A stretch of DNA of 64,000 nt from Nymphaea colorata (GCF_008831285.2 NC_045138.2:6262001-6326000), one strand, 5' to 3'; shown: positions 28,444 to 42,595, numbered from the stretch's first letter. Program-made: numbers and translations. Notes: a model not told the origin generated them from the sequence alone.

Positions 28444-28715
28444 AGAGATAGAGATGTGTAAGGAATAAGAAAAGAAATAGAAAAGGTGGCCAATAAAGAG
28501 AGAAAATGCCTTAGGGTTGTCATTTGCACCATTCATAACATGTGTCCCTATGACACCATTGCTCATTGTCAACTTAAGCAAGGAGAGAGAAGAGGGAGAA
28601 GGTGAGAAAGGAATTAAAGAAGAAATATGAAGGAAAAAAGAACCAGAAAAATATATATAAAAAAGAAAAATAGAAGAAAGAGAACAGAAAGCATAGGACG
28701 TTCCCTTCTCTCTCA
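28016..28715. repeat. Long hairpin family A, copy 3, with expanded (TA)n apex
   Basis: Paralogue of 5228-5870. The apex microsatellite spans 28388-28441. Confidence 0.85.
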
Positions 28716-29484
28716 ACTGTGGCCAGCAAAGGGTGCTCTTATCACACAAATGTACAAGCACACAAAGAGGAGGAGGGCCAAAGCACCAGGGGAGAGAATA
28801 GCAGAAATGCTGAGGAGTCATTCTCTCTCCTTGCTGTTGCAGTTGATGATCTGGTCCTACTTTTCTCCAGTTATCCACTCCACCTCCTCCTTCTCTCTCT
28901 CTCTCACTGTGTGCCTCTCTCATTAGGAAAAAACTGGAGTTATTGGGAAGTTACATTCATAGAACGTGTATTTTTTTCTTTGATGAAGTTGCAATAAGCC
29001 TTAATTTCGATATGTTTTTTGAGATGGTTGGTCCTTCAAGAAAATCTACTATTAATTAGAACAAAGTGTTTTGAACTTGGTGTTGAGTTTTCTTTTATGG
29101 AAATTATTATGACGTCCTATCCTTGGGGATTGGGTCATGGGGCATCAGCTTCTTTTGCTTTAAAAGGAGAAACACAGATGTACAAGTTGAAACACAATAG
29201 AGCTTTGCAGTAAAATCATGTCCAAAACCCTGAGAAGATGATGCTTTCAAGTATCTTGTTGGGTGACATGATAAAAGCCTCCTCCAACTCTTTGAACAAA
29301 TCACAGTAACGTTTCATTATGCCAGAGGCAGTTGCTTTCTTTCCATTGGTTGAACACATAACATTGTAAAAAGAAGGTGTTAACTCAAAGAGAGAGACAT
29401 ATAGATTCTAAAGAGAGACAGTGGGAATCTATAAAAGAATATGTTAAATCAAAGAGAGAGAAAAGAGAAAGAGAGATATTCATG

Positions 29485-29490
<6 letters not shown>

Positions 29491-29578
<88 letters not shown>
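29491..29578. repeat. (TA)n microsatellite, ~44 units
   Basis: Direct reading. Other (TA)n tracts at ~5286, 27893, 28067, 28388, 32287, 33687 and 36294. Confidence 0.95.
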
Positions 29579-29579
<1 letters not shown>

Positions 29580-30099
29580 CATGTATATACACATATACAT
29601 ATATGAAAACTAAAATTAAGAAATAACTTGTAGTATTTTCGACTTCAAATTTTCTACATAGGCGGAGGGGAACTTGGGCACATGTAAGAGCTTAGGCTAA
29701 GTCTCCAAAACCTCATTAAAGAGAGTTCTTATTTTTGAATTTTTTTTAAAAACATGATTCCAAGTATTTTCATATAAGCATAAAACAATAATCATTTCAT
29801 CTACTATAAGGAAATTTATTTCTCCCACAATTAGATATGGAAGAAAATCAAGCACACACACAATGAAAAGTTAATAACATAAGAAAACATTCATTGAGAT
29901 CCCTAATCAGGTGATTAAAAGAAATGCTAAACGTAAGGATGTCTTGAAGACACATTTGTAAGGGGTTTTTTGGGTTGGACAAATTCCAACATAAAAAATC
30001 ATCATAATAACAAAGAAATCTCAATCCAAGCACTCATTGTTATCATTCGTTCACATATTAATTAAGGAATCAATAAACTATGTATCATCCTTTGAAAGC

Positions 30100-32281
30100 A
30101 AAGTATACATTTAAGAGAAGAGAGAAGCATATTTCAATCCTAGATGAAATTTCGTTTCACATTGCTCATGTTTTCGGTTCACCCAAGAATAGCTCTTGAC
30201 TCTAGAGAGGAGATTTGAGAGTTTTCTAATATGGCCATGGGAAGATGAAATAGGAAAAAAAAAAGGAAAGGAAAAGGATTGGGATATTGACTACATCTAA
30301 TGAAAATGATTTTAGAAAATTAGTCTTCTTTTTCCAGATAATCCTAAAGCTTCCTCGAATGAAGCTCCAAGGTGTTGAAAATGTCTCTCCGAGAGGCCTC
30401 CTCATGCTTCCTTGTAGAGTGGAAGCTGGTGAAGCTTTCTCCCGAGGTTGGAGAAGAAGAAGAAGATAAAAGGAGAGAAAAAGAGAGAGAGTTAGGAGAA
30501 AGTATTATAGGTTTCCCAAAAGTTAGCTCATGCACAAGAGAGAAGATTTTGAAGATATTTATGGAGAGTTTTGGAGTCAAAACTCAAAATTTGAATTTAA
30601 CAATATTTTCATGCGAATTTCAAGTATTTTTGAATTTATTTAAAATTTTATTTTCAATAGGTCTTGTCCAAATGAGCTTGGCTCTCAGACCTGCAAACAC
30701 CCCATTGGGAGTCTGGGCAGGGCTAGTGCCCACCTAGCAGACCAAAACAGCCCGTAAGGGGTGGGTCGCGGTCACATCAGTCGTGGCAGTGCGTGGCGCG
30801 GCTGTGCGCCTTGGTCAGAGCGTATGGCCTGGCCATGTGCTGCTCGGCCAGGGCGTTTGGAGTGTGCAGGCACGCCTCTTATTGGTTTGCTTTGGACCAA
30901 TAAGGGGTGGCTTTTGCCCCTGGCTTCCAAGGTGGTCCCACACATAAAACAACATAAAAATTATTTTTAAAACACACATTTTAAAGGGAAAAAAGATCTT
31001 TTGTTACAGAGGCACCAACTTCATTTTGCGTGGACCAATAAGGGGTGGCTTGTACTTTATTTGAGACAATAAAGTAGGAAAAAAGACCTGTCATATGCAT
31101 CATTGTTCAAAAGCTTTCATGCTGTCGATGTATATATAAAATGGGAGATATAATGCCAAAACTAGGGCAACAAATGATTTAAATTTGAGAGTTATGGGTG
31201 AAAAAGCTCAGGTGTCAATGCATTCAAATAACAAGGACGAGAATTTTATGTTTTAATATTGCATTCATTGAATCCCGCCTAAATGTAGCATTAACAATTG
31301 TATGTTCAAAAGTCATGAGAACCTTTATATTCAAGTTTTTTCCTAATTTAAACTTGTGATTTACTTGAGAGAGTATAGTTGGTGGAAAGACCCCACATAT
31401 CCACAATTCTCTAAACTTACATATAAAGTAGGAGATATGGTGCAAAAGCTACTCACAATTGATTCAAATTTAGGAGTCATATGTACAAGTAAAAATGCTC
31501 GTCTCCTAATGTATTCAATAACAAGGATGGGAATTTTAGATTAAATGTTAATGTTGTCACTGGATGCTGCCTAACTTTAATGCTAGCATTTATGCTTTTG
31601 AAAGTGTGAGTCTTAGTATTTAAATTTCTAATTTAAGCTTATGTTTTATTTGGGAGAGTATAGTTGATGGAATTAAAGACCCCTCATGGCTTCATGGCCT
31701 CATCGGCTTTGCCTTGCATGCCTTCATGGCTTCAAGGCATGGTCAGGTCTTTGTATTTCAAAACAAGGCAGGATTGAAATCTAGGCGGATCATAAGAGAT
31801 GACAAGAGCCACAAGTTGGCTTTCCGAGAGCAAGCAGTTATATGTGGTGGGCTTCATTGTAACAAAATGCTGAAAGCTTGTCGGAGCTGGCACAAAGGGC
31901 AGCAATGCTAAGTTAATTTCCTACTTTGTTTCCCTGCTCATCACCTTCTTGGTTTACCTTGCTTATGTCTATGCTTGTTTCCCTTTCTAGTTCATCAGTC
32001 TCCCTGACACACTCGTATGAACTTGACTTGCTGCTTGTACCAATACAACTCTTCTTTACTATTACGGTTGTACATGAGCTGAGTCAAACTTGAGCTCGGT
32101 CAGCTCGACGCTAGTCAACACATGCTTAATTTGCTTGGCTGGACCTTGAGGAGTGAGTCAAGTTGTATAAGGTCAGGTTGAGCTGAAATTGATAGACTGG
32201 GTCCCAGCTAGTGCTCGACTTGTTTAAGCTCGTTTACCAACTGACAACTGTCATTTGACTTGATCTCTTTCCTTTGTTTTA

Positions 32282-32324
<43 letters not shown>

Positions 32325-33690
32325 TCGAGTTCATGTAGTTTGAACTTGACCCATTTAGAAGCTCGAGTTTACTGAATGAGTTCAAGTCAAGCTCGAGTTG
32401 GCTCGACTCATTATATATCACGACTCAATGCGAATGATACGTGTGGGAACATGGTGAAATCAACCAAATATCTGAATGATATTCAGCTCCTCAACAATGG
32501 AAACAGAGTTTCTCTGGTTGAGAATGTCTACTGGAGAATGTCAACCATCAATTCAGTTAGGAGATTTCTTTACAAGCTACCTATCCCAATGCATTACCAA
32601 ACATAAAGAAAAGTACTCATTTTCCTTAATTTACATAACCTTCTCCTCTTAAGTATTGTTTTGCATCTCATCAATCCTTTCTTATATCCATCTCTCGAGA
32701 CATGGAACCAATGCACTTTCCAAAAACTATTTATCCTCGCTGGCACAAAGGCAGTAACAAAAGAAATCCTAGATTTTAGGGTGCTGATTACGTAACAAAT
32801 TAATTTATGTGGGGGAACCAATATGCAAATAAAATAAATTGTGTGGTTCTAGATGGTTAATAATATGCAAATTAATTTATGTGGGGGAACCAATATTTGA
32901 GATGACCATACATATACCATCATAATCAGATCTAGATCTGGTATGGAAACTATGTGAGGATTCAGATCTAATACCTCTTTAGCACGAACAAGCGACCCAT
33001 TTGGCTGGTCAATGGTCACCCCCATAAAGTCTCAAAAGTAGGGATATAAACGGGTCAGACATATCAGATTATCAAACAAATACCGAATCCATTTAACTGG
33101 ATGTGGTAAAAAAAATTAGATCCATTCAAATTTAAATTCAAATACAGTTTGCTGTTTCACCACTAAACATAAATTCAAATAAAGTACCCACCAGTATCTG
33201 ATAAAGATCCTATCTACATAATGAAACTTGATCTTACATTAGTCGGATCCAAATTTGGTTTTCCAAAAAATCAGCTCCGGATTCAAATTTGAATTATTCA
33301 AATATGCATAGTTAAGTTAGTTAAAAATTAAACCCAACCAGAAAACCACACTACATGGCAACCTAAAAGTCAAGACACAAGACAACTGGTGTAGAAGTTT
33401 TCTGTTTTAAATTATTTCTCTTTGTTTAATTAGAAGTTTTCTGTTTTAAATTATTTCTCTTTGTCCTTAGACTTCTGAGCAAATAGTGCATGCTTTACAA
33501 ATAGGTTACAAAGTTAAATCGAAATGACCCACAACATTGGCATGCTCGTCCGAAACCTTTTTGAAAACTTTTTAACCTATTTGTAAAGCATTGTAAATGG
33601 GCCAATCGTATTAGCTTCAATAATGACACATTCCATCTACTTCGTGGACAGAGAAAGGCATCTCCTCTGCTTTCGATTCTCTCTTCATAT
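30100..33690. repeat. Deleted paralogue of ~21280-27880
   Basis: Solo-LTR fragment, tandem array, ORF 31714 (vs 23888), ORF 32376 (vs 24504) and a collapsed hairpin C, in the same order. Confidence 0.85.
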
Positions 33691-33705
33691 ATATATATAT
33701 ATATA

Positions 33706-36013
33706 TATTAGCTCACACGTTTTCTCATTGTTTTTTTTTTCAACAGTCTAAAAGTGAATGATGAATGGCCCTGAATAGCATTCATTCACTCACTATATAT
33801 GTGTATATATGTCTGCATTTGATGTTGTGGCACATTGTGTGGCAGACAGAAGCTATAGTAAGTGATTTTTTTTTTATTTATGCACCTGTAACATCTCTCT
33901 CTCTCTCTCTCTCTCACGTGTGTGGCTTTTCTTTTTGTTTCTTTTTTTTTTCCCTCTTTTTGTTCTTGAGAAATAGCAAACCAACCAGATATTTTTTTCC
34001 CATACATAACTGAATGTATAATTTCATTTAAAAATTTTAAAGGCATATTGTCAAGAGCGGTTTGAAGCCGTCAGCCTTTATAGAAATTTCCTTTTCCCCC
34101 CTGTAAACAAATGAACGTTGGTTAAGTGTAACGCTCAGTTGCAGTGTTTCATAACATTTCTAGTAGAAACCAGTAACCTCTTTAAAAGGTGTTTGAACAC
34201 CCTTTTCATCTTTTTCATGCTATGGCCAATTGCACCTTTTGATTTATTTGTTATCTTCAATTTCAAATACCTCGACTATTGTCTTTTGCAAGTTCATATA
34301 AAAATTTCAATGAGCACTGCTACGAATTCAATAAGGGAAAAAGTAAGGGCCGTCTTGTGTATTCTATTAGTTTTAGGACCTAGTTTCCTTTTATGTTCAT
34401 ATCATCTTTTTTTCCACGAAAAGTGTTGGAAACTTTGATGGTGTTTCTCTCTTAGACACTTAATTTCAAGGGAGAAACACCATCAAAGTTTCCAACACTT
34501 TTCATAGAAAAAAAGATGATATGGGCATAAAAGGAAACTAGCTCCTAAAACTAATCGAATACACAAGACGACCCTTACTTTTTCCCTTATTGAATTCCTA
34601 ACAGTGCTAATTGAAATTTTTATATGAACTTGCAAAAGACGATAGTCAAGGTATTTGAAATTGAAGATAACAAATAAATCAAAAGGTGCAATTCGCCATA
34701 GCATGAAACTAGATATTCCCCCTCGGGTTAAGTTCTTTATTTGGTTATTATTTCATAATAGTCTTCTTAGTAAGTCTGCTTGTGTACATCGGAATATTTT
34801 GACTACTACAGTTTGTCCTCGGTGTGGTGCTCTTGAGGAAAATACTTTGCATGTCCTCCGAGATTGTAGTTCATCTCAAGTTATATGGGCTGGCTTTCTT
34901 CGTGGGGCTAAGTTGTTGAAGTTTAATACAACTACTTTGGAGGTTTGGCTGAGGAATAATATTTCTAGGCATCGTTTTTTGGTTAACAATATGATTCCTT
35001 GGTCTATTTTCTTTTGCTTCCCTTGTTGGCATATTTGGCAGTGGCAAAATCAAGTATTTGAAGTTTTTTCTTGGCCTGATGATGTTTTATTTCACATATC
35101 TGCTTCTATTAGGGAGTTCAGAAACCATATGGCTCAACTTCGATTATCCCAATGAAAAGTTCAAACCTTCATTGCATGGATGTCACTTCCCTTGGGTTTT
35201 GTTAAGTTAAATGTTGATGCGGCTGCTAGAACAAATCCCAGAGACTTAGCGGCTGGTGGTTTATTTCACAATGATAATGGAGAATGGTTATTTGGCTTCA
35301 CTTGTCGTGCGGGTTATGGTCATATAACTAAGGATGAACTTATTGCTATTCTTCATGGTTTGAAATTGGCCTGGGAACGTGGCTTTCGTAAAGTTATTGT
35401 TGAATCAGATTCCTTGTTAGTTGTGAACATGGTTCTAAAAGACCTGCAGCCTCATGATCCTTTATTCCAGATAGTGAAACAGTGTCAAAAATTGCTGAGA
35501 TGTGATTGAGAGTGTGTCTTGTATCATACATATAGAGAATCTAATATGTGTGCAGATCTTCTTACCTCATGGGTTTTTCAAGGATCTTTTGGAGTAACCA
35601 TTCTTACAAATCCACCTGGTCATTTGCATCGATTGATTGAGGAGGATCTGATTGGTGTAGCTCGACCTCGTGCTATAGTTAGTTAATGTGGATCTAAACC
35701 GCTCCTTTGTACAAAAAAAAGAAGATAAAAAGGGTGTTTAAACACCTTTTAAAGAGGTTACTGGTTTCTCCAGGAAATGTTTTGAAAGACTGCAACTGAG
35801 CATTACACTTAACCAACGTTTGTTGGTTTATAGAGGGAAAAAGGAAATTTCTATAAAGGCTGATGGTTTCAAACCACTCTTCAAATTATGCCTTTAAAAT
35901 TTTTAAATGAAATTACACATTAAGTTATATATGGAAAAAAAATATCTGATTGGTTTGCTATCTCTCAAGAACAAAAAGAGAAAAAAAAAGAAACTAAAAG
36001 AAAAACCACGCAC

Positions 36014-36049
<36 letters not shown>

Positions 36050-36230
36050 TGTTACATTTGTATAAATAAAATTAAATTCACTTACTATAGCTTCTGTCCA
36101 CCACACAATATGCCACAACATCAAATGCAAGCATATATACACATATATAGTGAGTGACTATTCAGGGCCATTCATAATTCACTTTTAAACTGTTGAAAAG
36201 AAAAACAATGAGAAAAGGTGTGAACTAATA
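33706..36230. repeat. Near-perfect palindrome D (~748-bp arms, 14-nt loop), right arm interrupted by a LINE
   Basis: Left arm 33706-34453, loop 34454-34467, right arm 34468-34708 plus 35721-36230. Mirror ORFs confirm the symmetry: 34118(+)/34483(-) and 33765(+)/35903(-). Confidence 0.95.
34709..35720 (+). mobile_element. 5'-truncated L1-type LINE fragment (zf-RVT and RNase H end of ORF2, A tail)
   Basis: KLDIPPRVKFFIW...CPRCGALEENTLHVLRDC (zinc-binding RVT region). FVKLNVDAA...ELIAILHGLKLAWERGFRKVIVESDS and YHTYRESNMCADLL (plant L1 RNase H). Ends tttgtacaaaaaaaa. The flanks rejoin into the mirror of the left arm of D. Confidence 0.92.
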
Positions 36231-36446
36231 TTAGATGACAAAAACACCCATCACCTTTTTTTTATTCTTTTAATATCAATCAAACCATTCATGATATATA
36301 TATATATATATATACATACATACATATACGTACTATTTACAGTAATAGAGCCGACTCTCATCGACCGGATTCAAGTTTCTTGATCTGATCGCAAGAATGG
36401 GCTTCGATGACTCAAAGCTATGTACAGTGATCGACCCGATTTACCT

Positions 36447-36965
36447 GGAGAGAGAAGAGAAAGAGGGTGAGAATGGAATTAGAGAAGAAATATGAAGGAA
36501 AGAGAGCAGAAAAAATATATGAAAAAAGAGAACAGAAAGTAGAGGGCGTGCCCATCTCTTTCAACTACTGCCAGCAAAGGTTGCCCTTATCACACACATG
36601 CACATGCACAAAGAGGATCAGGGCCACAGCAACAAGGGAGAGAATAGTTCCAATGCTGAGGAGTCACCCTGACTCCTTGCTATGGCTATTGACGAGCTGG
36701 TGCTCCTCTTCTTTAGGTATCCACCTCCACCTTCTCCTTCCTCTCTCTCACTTTTTGCCTTTTTCATCAAGGAAAAACTGGGGTTATTGGGGAGTTTCAT
36801 TCAAAGAACACATATTGTTTTTCTTCAATGAAGTTGCAATAAGCCTAGTTTTGATCCGTTTTTGAGTTGTTTGGTGCTTCAATCTCTTTGGAAATCTACT
36901 ATTAATTAGAACAAAGTGTTTTGAATTTGGTTTCGAGTTTTATTTTATAGAAATTATTGTGATGT
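36447..36965. repeat. Hairpin family A, copy 4 (right arm only, divergent)
   Basis: Homologous to 5735-6270. A left-arm stub survives at ~33643-33686 on the other side of palindrome D. Confidence 0.8.
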
Positions 36966-37427
36966 CATATCCCTGGGAGTGGGCAGCTAGTTTATATTTG
37001 GAACTCATGAGGCATCAGCTTCTTGTGCTGCAAAAAGAGAGACACTGATATATAAGTTGAAACATCGTGAGACAGTCACTAGAATCAGGTCTGGTACCCT
37101 GGGAAGCTGATGCCTTCAACTATCTTGTTTGGTGGCAGGATAAAATACTCCTCCTACTCATTGAATATATCACTGTGTTGACTTACCCGAGGCAGTTGCT
37201 CTCTTTCCATTGGTTGATCCCATACCATGTGCACCACATCATTTTCATATTCCTGAAACATAAACTTAATAAGTGACACAAACTCCTATGTTTTAATTAA
37301 TAGGTTTACCACTCCATGTAACAAGCAAGACAAAAGGGCTTATGTACAAGACAAATCATGGAGCAAACTTTATTAAAGAACGTGTCAGGACTGCAAAACG
37401 TTCTAAATGGGATGCTGATGACCTTAC

Positions 37428-39630
37428 TTTTATCTTATATGAGGAAAATGATTGTCTTATAGTTGAGAATGGTAATTCTACATGGATATTAGATACTGAG
37501 GCATCTTATTATACCACACCATGTCAAGATTTGTTCCCATCCTATAAGGTGATCTTGGAGTAGTTCACATGGACGACAGTGACACTTTTAAGATTATTGA
37601 GGTAGGGGATGTTTGCATTGAGACAAGCACATGATGCAAATTGGCTTTGCAAGATGTGAGACATGTTCCAGATCTTAGAATGAATCTGATTTTTGCAGGA
37701 AAACTAAGTAAAGATGGACATTGTACTTCTTTTAGTTAGGTTGGTTAGAAACTAGCAAAGGGGACATTATATTTGACTTTTTGTATGGTATGAAGTCTCG
37801 AATCAGTAGTGGTGAGGTAATGCAGTTACTAATAGTACTTTGTCCGATTTGTGACATAGAAGGTTAGGTCACATGAGTCAAAGATGAATCAATTTGCTTG
37901 CTGGTAAGAATTTGTTACCAAAGGTAGATGGTGTATAATTATCTCATTGTGATCATTGCTTGGTTGGTAAGTTGCATATAATCTCTTTTTAGAAAAAACA
38001 CTCTTAAAAAATTAAAGATGTATTAGATTTAGTTTATTCAGATGCGTGTAGTCCTATAAATATGACATCTAATGGTGGATATCTTATTTTGTCATATTTA
38101 ATGATGATGCATCTAGAAAGGTGTGAGCCTTTTACAATGAAAATAAAAGTGAAGTAAGTAATATCTTCATGACTATTCATGCAGCGGTTGAACGTGAGAT
38201 AGGTAAGAAAATGAAGAGATTGTATAAAGATAATAGTGGTGAGTACATAGTTTCTTCTCTGCAAGAATATAAACATGTTATTATGCATGAAAAGGTAGTT
38301 CCCTATACTCCACAATAGAATCAATAATTTTCTATCTTGCTTTAAGTAGACTAAGCAGTTTTATAGAGTGGTAATGTGGTATTGCAGTTTATTTGATAAA
38401 CAAATCTTCTTCAGTGCCTCTAGGTGGAAATATTATACAAAAGGTTTAGTCAGATAAAGACATAAAGTGTCCACCTCAGAGTTTATTTTGCAATGCTTTT
38501 ATGCATGTACCTAAAGAACATCAAACCAAACTAGATGATAAAACTATTCTTTTAATATTTCTTGGTTATACAGATGATGAGTTTGGTTACAGGTTATGAG
38601 ATCCAAGGAATGACAAGGTCTATAGGGTAGTGATGTTGTCTTTAGAGATGAACATATAATTGAAGATGTCATGAAAGGAAAACAGTCAGATGTGAAGCTG
38701 GTGGTGTTCATGAGCCAACCTGTGCAGAACCTAAAGAACTTTCATCTGAGCATCGTGAGACTCATGAAAATGTAGAAGAGAAAATAGAGGCAGAGGAGCA
38801 GTATACAAATGACAACTCTATGGAAACTCAAACTGAATGTGAGCATAAGTTGGAGGAGGAACTTCCTCATTCAAAACCAATTGAAGAGCCATTTGGGAGA
38901 GGTAAAAGAACACATATTCCATTTACTAGATATTTTACTAATGAATATACTATGTTTGCAGATAGTGAAGAGGTAGAATCCTATGTAGAGATGTTAGATG
39001 AAGTACATAAAGATAAATGGGTTCAAGCTATGCAGGAAGAAATGTATGCTTTATATAAGAATCACACTTTTGATTTGGTAGACCTTCTAAAAGGTAAGAA
39101 AGTATTGCAAAACAAGTACAACTACAAACATAAAAATGAAGGCCAAGACAAGATGAAGTACAAAACTTAATTAGTGGTGAAAGGTTTCAAGCAGGAAAGA
39201 TCTATTGATTTTGATAAAATTTTCTCTCATGTGGTTCAAATGTCATCTATCAGCATAATACTTGGTTTGGTGGCATATCTAGACTTGGAGTTAGAACATT
39301 TATACGTAAAAACTACTTTCTTCACGGAGATCTAGAGGAAGAAATCTACATGACACAAACAAAAGGTTTTGTAGTTGACAGGAAAAAGCACATGACTTGC
39401 AAGTTAAGGAAGAATTTGTATGGATTTAAACAAACACCTAAGTAATGATACAAGAAATTTGACGCATTTATGATAAATCAAAAGTATTGTAGGTCAACTG
39501 TAGATCATTATGTCTACATCAAAAAGTTGTCATCAGGTAACTTCATTATCGTGTTGTTAAATGTAGATAACATGCTTATTATTGGACAAGACTGTAACCT
39601 AATTAGCCAATTAAAGAAGGACATCAGCAA
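37428..39630 (+). mobile_element. Old copia pol remnant (protease to mid-RT), no LTRs
   Basis: WILDTEASYYTTP, IFLGYTDDEFGYRL, WVQAMQEEMYALYKNHTFDLVDL and [12 protein letters not shown] motifs, with numerous stops. Confidence 0.85.
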
Positions 39631-40861
39631 GTATGGGGTCTAGGATTGGGCTCAGGATCCAAAGATTAAATCTGAAGATAGTATTTTTGAAAAATTTGAG
39701 GTGATGACAAACATCTTTTTTTTTTGGCACAACATTGAGACGCAAAAACAAAGGCAAGGTCTATGCATGCATGCACGTCGCTCAATAGTATCAAAATTTG
39801 TTTTTTTGTTATCGACTTTGGATTTTGAGTTAAAATTCTCGCTTTTCGATCTATACTTTGGTTTTGGATCTAATTTAGATATGAGAGCGGTTTTATGGGT
39901 CCGTGTTGCTAGTTTGGACTTAATTTCATTTGTTGGGCTCAATTATGGTCGTTGGGCTCAATTATGGACTTTGGCTTCGTATTTTGGGTCATGGTGTGTA
40001 TTTTAGATATAGGACTTGGATTTGGATACACATCTTGATCTAAAGTTGAATTTCAGAATTAAATCATACATTTGTATTCAGATATGGGTCTAGAAGTTCG
40101 TTTGGATCGAGTGGTCGAGAATTGGATTTGGATGTGCTATGGAAGTTTGAATTTGGATACTAATTTAGAAGTCTATTTTGGGTTGAGCTTGGACTCAGGG
40201 TTCAAAATTAGACCCAAATCACTATAAAGATTGTTGAAATAACCAATAATCTTGTTTGAATGAAATACAGTCTTTTAAAAAAAATTGGGGTGATAACCAA
40301 TGTAGTCTAAAATAGCTGTAATTGGATCAACTTTGGGATCTCTAGGAATAGATAAAAAAAAACCATATCTTGATGAATTCTGTAACATAGATGTCGATTT
40401 TTAGTGTTATTATTGACATTGTATGTTGCTTAATATTTATTACTATCGATTGTGCATTCAAGAGTTTAGAGTCTTCGTATTTATGTTTCCTACTATGCAT
40501 GTACTTTATTTGAGACAAGAAAGTAGGAAAAAAGACCTCTCATATTCATTATTGTTCAAAAGCTTTCATGCCATAGATGTATATACAAAATGGGAGATAT
40601 AGTGCCAACAGAAAGGCAACAAATGATTTAAATTTGAGAGTTACATTTGAAAAAGCTCATATGTTATTGCATTCAATAACAAGGACGAGAATTTTATGTT
40701 TTAATATTAATGCAATCATTGGATCCTGCCTAAATGTAGCATTAACAATTGTATGTTCCAAAATCTTGAGAGGCTTTATATTCAAGTTTTTTCCTAATTT
40801 AAACTTGTGGTTTACTTGAGAGAGTATAGTTGGTGAAAAGACCCCTCTTATCCATAATTGT

Positions 40862-42085
40862 TTTAAACCATAAAGAACTTTCTTAAGTCATAAAACTTTG
40901 TCTTGAGGCAAGTCAAGTCCAAAAGGGCCACTCATGAAAACAACTTTATTTAAGTTGTTGCCTAGAAAAGTGTTTTCAACATGTACTTGAAAAATAGGCC
41001 ATTGTTTAGTAGAAGCAGCTGCAATAAGAGTTCTAATAGAGGTTATACGAGCAACCAGGACAAAAGTTTCGTCATAGTCAATCCCATATTCTTAAGCATT
41101 GCCCTTAGCGACACATCTAGCCTTATACCTTTCTAATTTACCTCCAGCTCTAGTTTTGACCTTATAGATCCACCTATATCCTATGGTCTTTTTTCTTGTA
41201 GGTAAAGAAACAATTTCCTAAGTCCCATTACTTTTTTCCCAAATTCATGGCTTCAATCCAATTTGGATATTCCTTAGCCTCACAATAAGATGAAGGCTGA
41301 TAAAAATAGTGATGTGCCATCAGACAAGCTTGGTATTTATGAGAAAAGCATTCATATGAAATAATATTTTGGGTGGTCTAACATGCTTGTGAGACCTTCT
41401 AGGATGTGATTGATTAGTTTCTTGAGTTGCATGACTCCTTCCCCTATAAACAATAATATCCCCAAAGGATCATCATTTGTAGAACTTTCTTTTCCAATTT
41501 CTTCAACTTGATCCTCATCATTAGAATCATCATCATCACCAAAATCAGTCCATACAAAAACATAATCCTCTAGTTGCTTGGATTCATTCTTAATGTCATC
41601 TTCATCTTCCAAAAATATCACATTTCTAATAACATAAACTTTGTCCTTCTCAATATCATAGCATCTATAACCATTTTGTATTTTTGAGTAACTAATGAAC
41701 ACACAATTAATGGCTTTAGAGGAAACTTTATCATTTTTGTCACTGAAAACATAACATTACAGCAAAAGCCTTAAGTCTATTATAATTTGGCTTAATATTG
41801 TATAATCTTTCAAATGGAGAAATATGTTTCAAGATTATTGTAGACATTCTATTAATCGACTAGGATGATTTAGAACAGTTTCAGCCCAAAAATTTTGTAG
41901 GAACATTTTTGGATAAGAGAAGTGCTCTTACAGTTTGAATAATGTGTCTATGCTTTCGTTCAGCCACTCCATTTTGTTGTGGAGTCTTTGAACAAGATTT
42001 TTGATGTAAGATGCCTTTGCCTTTTAGAAATTGTTCAAATTCATTGGAAATAAACTCACCTCCTGAATCATTTCTCAACTCATCA
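40862..42085 (-). mobile_element. Copia integrase/RT remnant on the minus strand
   Basis: RNDSGGEF...TPQQNGVAERKHRHI; NGYRCYD; RYKARCVAKG and LKKVLYGL on the minus strand. Confidence 0.87.
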
Positions 42086-42595
42086 TACAATTGTATAAAT
42101 CAAACTTCCTAGGCTTGTCAGAATGTGCCTTCTTTGTCAAAGCTGTTTTTTCCCACCTTAAGGAGCACTTATACATGTCACTATTTCCAATTCTTTGTTC
42201 TTCTATCTTTCCATACCTTAAGGAGCACTTATACATGACACTTATACATGTGCCTTCTTTTATGAGAATAGAAGTTATCTTGCATGTTGAAGTTTACTCA
42301 CCAAATTGGACATATGATTCTCTCTTGTCCTCAGTGAACATAAGAGTACCATATGAAAAGATGCCTGACTTCTACAAGCTCAACAACAGGGACATCATAG
42401 AACAATATAATTGAGCTTAGGCCAGCTTTGCCAGAACATCATTAAGAGCAAAGATAGTCTAAAAGTAGTATTTCTCTACTTCTGGCAAGCTCCTTATCTT
42501 GACTGTATGATCAAGCTGACCAACAAAAGAAGTGATCATCAGAATCCTCAAAATAAACCAGACACATGTTTTAAGGAACAAGTGTTGCTGATGAC

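Larger units (their letters stand above)
24460..29370. repeat. Older paralogue of 1-6510 with internal deletions
   Basis: Shared MSSSQARVGSTH ORF (24504 vs 80), hairpin C, hairpin A and tail. Lacks about 2085-3705. Confidence 0.9.

Noticed and set aside
29377..29626. YIYIYI-repeat ORFs
   Set aside because: Translation of a (TA)n microsatellite.
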